Source of the DNA: an uncultured archaeon | GTDB lineage: Archaea > Asgardarchaeota > Jordiarchaeia > Jordiarchaeales > Jordiarchaeaceae | Direction: 5' to 3' | DNA length: 8,136 bases | NCBI GenBank assembly: GCA_964510585.1 | Contig: CAZECW010000115.1 | Span: forward strand, 1-8,136 | Shown here: in pieces, positions 1 through 6,224 of the stretch | How the letters are laid out: each line of letters begins with the position of its first letter | Position numbering within the stretch: position 1 is the stretch's first letter | The notes under the pieces: model-generated | Told to the model about the DNA's origin: nothing | Seen by the model: only the letters and a program-made list of their open reading frames with translations | The model's database searches: none | Made by a program: the position numbers and the translations under genes

Positions 1-218
1 AGCTGAATTCTTTATAGAAGCAATATGCATGATTGGAGAAATAAGAAAAAAAGAAGAAGAAAAAGAAAAATATCCGGCTAAAAAACCCATAAAGGGTACC
101 AGAAAAAAGTGAAAAATAAAGCGAAACAGAGAAAACACAAAAGTGGAATTTTGGTTATGGAACGGAATGTTTGGTAACGAAACTTAACGAAAGCTGGAGC
201 TATAAAACGATAATAATT

Positions 219-242
219 AGGAAGGTAATAAGGAAGGTAATA
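219..242 (+). repeat. Perfect 12-bp tandem duplication (AGGAAGGTAATA x2) containing the probable RBS of the first CARF gene
   Basis: AGGAAGGTAATA at 219-230 and 231-242. The second copy puts GGAAGGT about 7 nt before TTG246. TATAAAA at 201-207 is a candidate TATA box. Confidence 0.8.
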
Positions 243-245
243 AAT

Positions 246-1241
246 TTGGTGGATTCTGTTCTTATTATTTCTCTTGGTCGGTCTCCTCCTGTTGTTACTG
301 AGACTGTTGATGCTTTGCTTGAGATGGGTGTTAATCTTAGGAGGGTTTACTGTGTTTCTACGAATGATAGGGATATTCAAAATAGGTGTATTCCGCTTCT
401 TGAGGCCGAGTTTAGAAACTATCCTGAATATGTAAATAGGGGGATAGAGTTTCACCCGTGGAATTTTATTTCTAATAGGGATATTGAGACTCAGGAGGAT
501 CATTTGGAGTTTGTGAATTTGGCTTCTTCCATAATGAAGAGGGAGGAGGTTAGAAGGTCTGATATTTATCTTAGTATGGCTGGCGGCAGAAAAACTATGT
601 CTGCGGCTATGGCTGTGCTGGCTCAGATTTATAGTGCTAGGGCGATTACTCACGTGCTTGTTTCTGCAGAAATTGAGAGGAGGGGCACAATAGATGTTTT
701 GGAGAAGGAGCCTGAGGAGGAAAGGAGAAAGATTTTGCATCCTGAAAACAAGAATCTGATTCTTTTCCCAGTTATTGGAATAGCCTCCTTCAGAAATGAG
801 ATAATCCAGATATTGAAAAGGCAGGCGGGAACCCCTGATACAAGGATAATGGAGATTCTGAAAACAAGCAATTTTGTTGACGCCAGCGGCAACCCAACAC
901 ACCTCGGGAAAGAGTATCTAAAAATACTTGAAGACATAGAGGACACCCCGCCAACTTCAACCAGGAAACCTTCTGAAAAGTGGAAAATCTCACACAAACC
1001 CATCTCCAAAAACTTGAACCAATTCGTACAGAAAATAACAGAATGTCCACACGTAGAGATGGTGCAGGACATAGAATACACTCCCTCTCCTGCAACGAGA
1101 ATACGAGGCGTAAAGGACAACATAATAGTCGCCCAAGTTGCAGATGGAAATAAATCGGTTGTACTACACATACACACCACAGCCAAAACAGAAAGCCAAA
1201 CTAAAAAGGTCGAAAAAGAACTTTCACCCCTATTCAAGTAG
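246..1241 (+). CDS. CARF-domain protein (NE0113/Csx14/Crn1-like CARF) with a wHTH-like linker and a C-terminal DUF2103-like domain; putative cyclic-oligoadenylate-activated effector or ring nuclease, about 331 aa
   Basis: CARF strand-1 motif VLIISLGRSPPVVTE (SLGRSPP at 270-290), DIETQED motif typical of NE0113-like CARFs, and LSMAGGRKTMSA (GGRKTMS at 582-602). A helical segment ending PTHLGKEYL resembles a wHTH wing. The C-terminus SH...KITECPHV...DG...HTTAK...L resembles DUF2103. Start moved from 171 to TTG246 (or GTG249) because the RBS lies there and the CARF motif normally starts the protein. Confidence 0.85.
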   Translation: MVDSVLIISLGRSPPVVTETVDALLEMGVNLRRVYCVSTNDRDIQNRCIPLLEAEFRNYPEYVNRGIEFHPWNFISNRDIETQEDHLEFVNLASSIMKREEVRRSDIYLSMAGGRKTMSAAMAVLAQIYSARAITHVLVSAEIERRGTIDVLEKEPEEERRKILHPENKNLILFPVIGIASFRNEIIQILKRQAGTPDTRIMEILKTSNFVDASGNPTHLGKEYLKILEDIEDTPPTSTRKPSEKWKISHKPISKNLNQFVQKITECPHVEMVQDIEYTPSPATRIRGVKDNIIVAQVADGNKSVVLHIHTTAKTESQTKKVEKELSPLFK

Positions 1242-1306
1242 AAACAAACAGAGAAGAACTGATATGTTGCATCGCCTTCATATACACCACTTCATTAACA
1301 AACTTA

Positions 1307-1338
1307 GTGGGTCGTTGCCCCTGGGGGAACGATTCCAC
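1307..1338 (+). other. Imperfect GC-rich hairpin between the first two CARF genes (possible terminator or processing element)
   Basis: GTGG-G-TCGTT-G-CCC...GGG-G-AACGA-TT-CCAC, with arms GTGG/CCAC, TCGTT/AACGA and CCC/GGG. Confidence 0.35.
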
Positions 1339-1340
1339 CT

Positions 1341-1363
1341 TATTATAAAATCACACTTTTAAG
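1341..1363 (+). promoter_or_regulatory. Candidate archaeal TATA-box promoter for the second CARF gene
   Basis: TATTATAAAA (1341-1350) and CTTTTAAG (1356-1363) lie about 40-60 nt upstream of the start, where composition switches from A/C-rich to G/T-rich. Confidence 0.4.
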
Positions 1364-1403
1364 TTGGTAATGTTTAGCTTTTGGGTTTGGGAGAGTGATT
1401 TTG

Positions 1404-2366
1404 TTGGGTGTTTGGCATTTTAGTGGTTTGGGTAATAGTCCTGGTGCGCTTACTGCGCCCTTAACCTACATTTACTTGCTTTTGAAGGCTGCGTCTAGGG
1501 GGGATAAGGAGGCTCAGAGGTTTTTTGAGGCTTCGGGTGAGGTTTCTCAGGAGAGGAGGGGCGCACCAGAGGCATTGATTATCTTCACATCGAAGGGAGT
1601 TTTAGAAGGGAGTGTTGAGAGCAAAGATGTTACTGATAGGTGGTTTGGGATTGGTAAGGGTTCTGTGCCTGAGGTTATTTTTAGGTATTTCTCAAGGCTT
1701 TGGGGGCGGTTGAGGGACGATGCGTTTTCAGAGTTTTATGGTGAGGGCTGGATTCGGTACATTCATTTTGTTGCGGTTAACCACATGGATATGTATGATT
1801 GTTTTCCCAAGTGTTATGCTACGATGAATGCTTTGAGGGAGAAGGAAATCTGGATAAATATGGTGGGCGGCTCGAATCCAATTAATGCTTCGCTGATTCT
1901 CGGTGCAGGCTTCGTTGAGGCTACTGCGAGGACCTACTACGTTTTTGAGCCGGATACCACTTGTCTTCATCCCCAGTTTGATGAGCCGGTGGATTTTTCC
2001 AAGCCTAGAGTTAGACCATTGCTTTCGAAACTTTATATTCTCCCCTTTTTTTCACTGAATTTGGGCAAGCTAGTTAGTGAACTTAAGCAAAGATTTTCGT
2101 GGGGAGGGGGCAGAGTTAGCAAAAGGGAGATAGATAGCCTACTTGCTGATTTGGGACTGCCCGGACAGTATCTTAGAAAACTGGTGAGTGGCGGCTGGAT
2201 TAGAATGGAGGGAGACACAGCCTTCGTTGGGGAAATGCTTGAGCGTTGGAACAAAATGCTCAAAATAAGTGAGTACCCTTCAAACTACTCTGAGTGGAAG
2301 AAGTGGGCGAGCGGTGAAGGAATCCTATATGAACTCACCTCCGAAGGGGAAGTAATAAGATTGTAA
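1404..2366 (+). CDS. Divergent CARF-domain protein with an internal insertion and a C-terminal wHTH, about 320 aa
   Basis: N-terminal WHFSGLGNSPGALT (CARF motif I, GxSP), ALIIFTS strand, and IWINMVGGSNPINASL (CARF motif II position; GGSN at 1866-1877). C-terminal VSKREIDSLL...YLRKLVSGGWIRMEGDTAFVG looks like a wHTH. Start is TTG1404 (GAGTGA upstream) or GTG1395. Confidence 0.7.
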   Translation: MGVWHFSGLGNSPGALTAPLTYIYLLLKAASRGDKEAQRFFEASGEVSQERRGAPEALIIFTSKGVLEGSVESKDVTDRWFGIGKGSVPEVIFRYFSRLWGRLRDDAFSEFYGEGWIRYIHFVAVNHMDMYDCFPKCYATMNALREKEIWINMVGGSNPINASLILGAGFVEATARTYYVFEPDTTCLHPQFDEPVDFSKPRVRPLLSKLYILPFFSLNLGKLVSELKQRFSWGGGRVSKREIDSLLADLGLPGQYLRKLVSGGWIRMEGDTAFVGEMLERWNKMLKISEYPSNYSEWKKWASGEGILYELTSEGEVIRL

Positions 2367-2416
2367 CTCAAACAAAATAATCACAGCCTGTTACTCGTTT
2401 CAAGGGCGAAAAACAG

Positions 2417-2455
2417 AGAAACCTTCTTGTCCAAAATATTTTTTGGCAGGTTTCT
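2417..2455 (+). terminator. Putative stem-loop terminator downstream of the second CARF gene
   Basis: AGAAACCT (2417-2424) pairs with AGGTTTCT (2448-2455), enclosing CCAAAA (2431-2436)/TTTTGG (2441-2446). It contains a T-run and sits about 50 nt after the stop. Confidence 0.35.
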
Positions 2456-2668
2456 TGTCACTTTAATTGTCCATGATAGAATATGTGGATTTTTTGTGCT
2501 AATGTAGTTTCACCTATTTTCCTACAAGTAGTGTGCTTAGCTTCTTTTCCAGTTTAGAACCCTTAAATAAGGGGGTGTAGAATCATGCGAATACAAATCG
2601 CCCTTTTTTTGGGTAGAGGTCACATTTAAGAGTTGGGCTTCTCGCACATTTCTAGGGAGATAGTGTGA

Positions 2669-2793
2669 CTGCCAGATGAGTTGAAGTCTAGGTTTTTTGG
2701 ATGTATGATTGGATGCGCGGCTGGTGACGCTCTGGGTGCATTTTTGAAGGCTTATCAAACTTAGATGGAGAATTGGTTTTCCATGGCGAATGG
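2669..2793 (+). pseudogene. 5' remnant of an ADP-ribosylglycohydrolase (DraG/ARH family) gene, frameshifted and truncated
   Basis: The frame from 2669 reads LPDELKSRFFGCMIGCAAGDALGAF, matching the ARH N-terminal signature R..G...G.A.GDALGA. Adding one T to the T5 run at 2741-2745 continues it as FEGLSNLDGELVFHGEW. It breaks into G/T low-complexity sequence just before the expected TDD metal-binding motif. An RBS-like GGGAGA lies at 2655-2660. Confidence 0.75.
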
Positions 2794-2908
2794 GGTGGGT
2801 TTTTTGGGGTTTGTGGGATTGGTGCTGTTTGGGGATGGGTGTTTGTTCTCCTTTTTTTTGTAGGGGCTATTTTTTAAATTGTCGGTTTTTTGTATAGTTT
2901 TTTGTTTT
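2791..2908 (+). repeat. G/T-rich low-complexity tract containing a canonical G-quadruplex motif
   Basis: Almost only G and T. G-runs at 2792-2795, 2797-2799, 2806-2809 and 2815-2817 (loops of 1, 6 and 5 nt), plus 2831-2834 and 2837-2839. Confidence 0.7.
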
Positions 2909-2995
2909 AAACATCAAATTTTTTGATTGAAAAACCAACCGTATTTAGTACCAGAACCTATCGACTTGGAAATTTTATTAGTGGTGAAATGTGGT

Positions 2996-3436
2996 ATGAA
3001 GTTAGGCGAGTTTCTGGAGGAAAGAGCAAGGCTCATAAAAGAGATTTGTAGTCTCGAGGAGCTGCGAAGCATGGAATTCCGCGAGTTGAAGGACAGTCCC
3101 TCTGAGGTGAGGTTCAAAGACATAACAGAGCAAATTAACCAGAAGAGAAAGGAGCTTCGAGAACTTAAACTTAGGCTGATGAAACTCAATCTCTCCACGA
3201 AGATTCCTGGGCATCCAGAAATAAGCAGCATGATGGAGCTTAACCTGAAAATTGCCGACATCATTGAAGAGATACGCTGTCTCCGCTCACTTGATCCTCA
3301 CTGTTCATACGGTAGTGAAATCCAACCCCAGCTTTCCCCAAAAGAGCTGAGGAGGATATTAAACGATCTGGTTCGAGAGAAGGTACGCTTAGATGTGCTG
3401 AGAAAAATGACTAACTGGTCGACAGAGGTTGAATAA
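2996..3436 (+). CDS. DIP1984-like all-helical coiled-coil protein, about 146 aa, function unknown
   Basis: Begins MKLGEFLEERARL (family pattern MKLAEAL..RA.L) and has the central ...L..LKLRLMKLNLST and C-terminal RLD....TNWSTEVE (family LD..IQ..NW.TE[LV]). ATG2996 has GGTGA at 2983-2987, so the 2927 extension is probably not translated. Confidence 0.7.
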   Translation: MKLGEFLEERARLIKEICSLEELRSMEFRELKDSPSEVRFKDITEQINQKRKELRELKLRLMKLNLSTKIPGHPEISSMMELNLKIADIIEEIRCLRSLDPHCSYGSEIQPQLSPKELRRILNDLVREKVRLDVLRKMTNWSTEVE

Positions 3437-3960
3437 AGCTGATAGTTTCACTCATCACCGACACTAACACATTTTCCAGCGAAAACCACTCTAAATCAAA
3501 AATCAAAAATTAACGATTAACAATTTAACATGCCAAAAAGGGTTCAGACTGTCAAACCTTAAAAATTGAAATTACCATCCCCTACAGGGTTCAAGGTAAG
3601 CCCACGGCACCAACTATCAGCGTCAAAAACCTCTGCCCCACCCCCTCAATTCCTTTTTTTCCAAAAAATAGTGAAGTTGAATCCAGAATGAATCTCAATT
3701 TTTAGAAAGTCTACCGGAACACGAAACCGCCTTTATGAGAAGCAGCTATATTTTTTAGCGATTCTCGCATGATTCTAAGGAGGGGACGCAAACAGAAGGA
3801 AATCGTGCTTTAAACAAAAAAATCTAAAAAACGGAAGTCTGGGTTTCCAAAACCAGTAGGTCTCCGCGGAGGGTTTTTCTTACCGCTATCCTTTAAATGG
3901 GGAAACTCCAAAATTAAACATAGTCAATCTTTTATGGGAAATGGTAATTAGTAGCTAGGA

Positions 3961-3970
3961 ATATATATAA
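3961..3970 (+). promoter_or_regulatory. Candidate TATA box for the methyltransferase-HNH operon
   Basis: ATATATATAA lies about 27-50 nt upstream of candidate starts TTG3997 and ATG4018, each preceded by GAGAGG. Confidence 0.45.
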
Positions 3971-4017
3971 TTTGAGTATCGTAAATTTAGAGAGGATTGG
4001 TTTTCGATAAGAGAGGT

Positions 4018-4815
4018 ATGAAATTGGCTGGTGGGATTCCCTTCTTTAAAAGTGGTTCAATAACTATTTACAATGATGACATTTTGAAGATAGATGCTAT
4101 TGAAGGTGATAGCATTGACCTCATAGTCACCTCGCCACCGTATGGCGTAGACATAAAGTATGAAAATTACAACGATAACATACCATATGACAGGTATTTG
4201 GACTTTACAGCTGAGTGGCTAAAAAAATGTTTAAACTTGGTTAAGCCTGATGGGAGATTATGCCTAAATATTCCCCTAGACAAACTTAAGGGCGGAGGAC
4301 AAAGCGTATACGTGGACATAACAAGCATCGCCAAGAAAGTTGGATGGAAATACCACACAACAATAATCTGGAACGAACAAAACATTTCTAGGCGAACAGC
4401 CTGGGGCTCCTGGCTCAGTGCATCGGCCCCCTTCGTCATAGCACCCGTAGAAATGATAGTGGTCATGTACAAGAAACAATGGAAGAAAAAACACAAAGGA
4501 ACATCCGACATAAGCAGAGAGGAGTTCCTGGAATGGACAAACGGTGTATGGAACTTTGGCGGTGAGAATAGAACCAAAATAGGTCACCCCGCACCCTTCC
4601 CAGTCGAACTCCCCAAAAGGTGTATAAAGCTATTCAGCTTTGTAGAAGACGTTGTTCTAGACCCATTTCTCGGCAGTGGATCTACCCTGATAGCATGCCT
4701 AGAAACAAATAGAAAGGGTATAGGAGTAGAAATCAACAAAAACTATTGCGAACTAGCAGTAAAAAGATTAAAAGAATACGGAATACTACAGAGGAAACTA
4801 GTAGAAGTTCTGTAA
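4018..4815 (+). CDS. Site-specific DNA methyltransferase, N4-cytosine/N6-adenine type, beta class, about 265 aa
   Basis: Catalytic motif IV DLIVTSPPY is N-terminal, followed by HPAPFPVELP, with SAM-binding motif I VLDPFLGSGST and GVEIN C-terminal (beta order). The start could be 3997, 4018 or 4024. Confidence 0.95.
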   Translation: MKLAGGIPFFKSGSITIYNDDILKIDAIEGDSIDLIVTSPPYGVDIKYENYNDNIPYDRYLDFTAEWLKKCLNLVKPDGRLCLNIPLDKLKGGGQSVYVDITSIAKKVGWKYHTTIIWNEQNISRRTAWGSWLSASAPFVIAPVEMIVVMYKKQWKKKHKGTSDISREEFLEWTNGVWNFGGENRTKIGHPAPFPVELPKRCIKLFSFVEDVVLDPFLGSGSTLIACLETNRKGIGVEINKNYCELAVKRLKEYGILQRKLVEVL

Positions 4816-4871
4816 CCTCAATAAACTAAAAGGGAATTGCAACTCGCTTTTTGGGAGGGGGAAGTAACACC

Positions 4872-5480
4872 ATGAGTTTGGAAAAACCAACAATTGGAGA
4901 TCTAATTATGGAATACTTCCGCAAGCATCCCAAAGAGGATTTAAAACACGGTCCAGTAGTAGACTACGTAGAAGAAAAGTACTTCAAAATATACGGTCGT
5001 AAACCAAGAGATACTTGGAGACAGATACGTAGATTGCATCAAGAAGGCATTCTGATAAAAGTAAAAAAAGGAGTCTACAGATACGACCCCGACTACATCC
5101 AACATAGGGAACTTTATGATTTTCCACCTGAGGTCAAAGAAGAAATTTTCAAAAGGGACGGTTACAAATGCGTAATTTGTGGTAGGGGAAAAGGGGAGGG
5201 CATGGAACTACACGCTGACCACAAAATACCAATAGAAAAAGGAGGTACAAACACTCTTGATAACGGTCAAACCCTCTGCTCAGAACACAACTTTTTGAAA
5301 AAAACATACTCACAGACAGAGTTCGGCAAAAGATTCGTAATAAAACTCTACGAAGACGCAGTAAATAAAAACGATGAAAAAATGATAAAATTCTGCAAGG
5401 AAATCTTCGAAACCTACAACAAATACGGAATAAACAGGCACATACCACGGCCCAACCACAAACAGGATAAAATAGTCTAA
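4872..5480 (+). CDS. HNH endonuclease, probable cognate type II restriction endonuclease, about 202 aa
   Basis: RDGYKCVICG...LHADHKIP..KGGTNTLDNGQTLCSEHNFLK is an HNH (beta-beta-alpha-Me) motif with Zn ligands. An N-terminal wHTH-like region (IRRLHQEGILIKVKKGVYRY) precedes it. It starts 56 nt after the MTase stop, with GGAGG upstream of ATG4872. Confidence 0.88.
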   Translation: MSLEKPTIGDLIMEYFRKHPKEDLKHGPVVDYVEEKYFKIYGRKPRDTWRQIRRLHQEGILIKVKKGVYRYDPDYIQHRELYDFPPEVKEEIFKRDGYKCVICGRGKGEGMELHADHKIPIEKGGTNTLDNGQTLCSEHNFLKKTYSQTEFGKRFVIKLYEDAVNKNDEKMIKFCKEIFETYNKYGINRHIPRPNHKQDKIV

Positions 5481-5747
5481 CTAATGATTGCGAGTAAGTT
5501 TATGGCATGCCTGCTCCGGTGCAACAACTTCCGCATAATTTTGCTTTTTTCAAAATATTTATGTCGAAAATTTCAAATCTGGTTAGTTTCCTCTCCTCAG
5601 AACTCCAAAAAAGAGGGGAAGACAATTTCCATAAATGTAAAAGAAAAAATTCGGGGAAAAAATAATTAAGCCTCTTATCCCCTAATTTTTTAGAAAAAAT
5701 ATGGGATGGTAAACTGTTTTGAAATTTTTTGAATGGGGTTTGGGACT

Positions 5748-6224
5748 ATGAAGGTGTGGATTACCACTGTTGGAACAAGCGTGTTTGCGGTTGTTAATCC
5801 GGTTTGGGCTGCTTGCATTCTTGACGGCTTTGTTCCTGAGCGTGTCCATCTCTTGAAGAATGAGAAGATTGAGGGCAACGTGCAAACTGTGAAGAATTGG
5901 TTGACCAGCATTCTTGAGTGCTTCGGTGTGCGCCCAGAGTTCCATGAGCATGATGCGGATGAGGATAACATGGACTCTTTTGCAAGGACTCTAATTAGTG
6001 TTGTGAAATCAGAGGTGGGCAACGAGGTTGCTGTTGATATGACTCCGGGAAGAAAATTTATGAGCGCCTGCGCCATGGCTGCTGGGCAGAAGTTTCGGGT
6101 GAGCAAGCTTTACTATCTCCATCTTTATAATTTGGCTTATCAGGAGAAACCTCTCATTTTGATTCCCTTTAACCAGCAAAAACTAATTAACGTTTTAAAT
6201 TATACTGGAGGGGTCCCAGAGTGA
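5748..6224 (+). CDS. Stand-alone CARF-domain protein (ring-nuclease-like or ligand sensor), about 158 aa
   Basis: MKVWITTVGTS (motif I), VPERVHLL, VAVDMTPGRKFMSA (motif II; TPGRK at 6042-6056), LYYLHL. There is no fused effector domain. ATG5748 is preferred over ATG5733. Confidence 0.82.
   Translation: MKVWITTVGTSVFAVVNPVWAACILDGFVPERVHLLKNEKIEGNVQTVKNWLTSILECFGVRPEFHEHDADEDNMDSFARTLISVVKSEVGNEVAVDMTPGRKFMSACAMAAGQKFRVSKLYYLHLYNLAYQEKPLILIPFNQQKLINVLNYTGGVPE

Noticed and set aside
171..245. N-terminal extension of the first CARF ORF
   Set aside because: It spans the TATA-like box and the duplicated RBS, and the CARF motif begins right after 246-249.
78..1237. Minus-strand ORFs 78..902, 650..1237 and 790..1095
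   Set aside because: Antisense shadows of the CARF gene with no recognisable motifs. The same applies to the minus-strand ORFs overlapping the other + strand genes.
2537..2758. 73-aa minus-strand ORF
   Set aside because: No motifs. The + strand of this region carries the ARH remnant instead.
3438..3621. 10-bp inverted repeat GCTGATAGTT / AACTATCAGC as possible MITE ends
   Set aside because: Short, no target-site duplication and no second copy, so compatible with chance.
5484..5669. 61-aa + strand ORF between the HNH and CARF genes
   Set aside because: No RBS or motif. The region looks like AT-rich intergenic DNA with imperfect hairpins.
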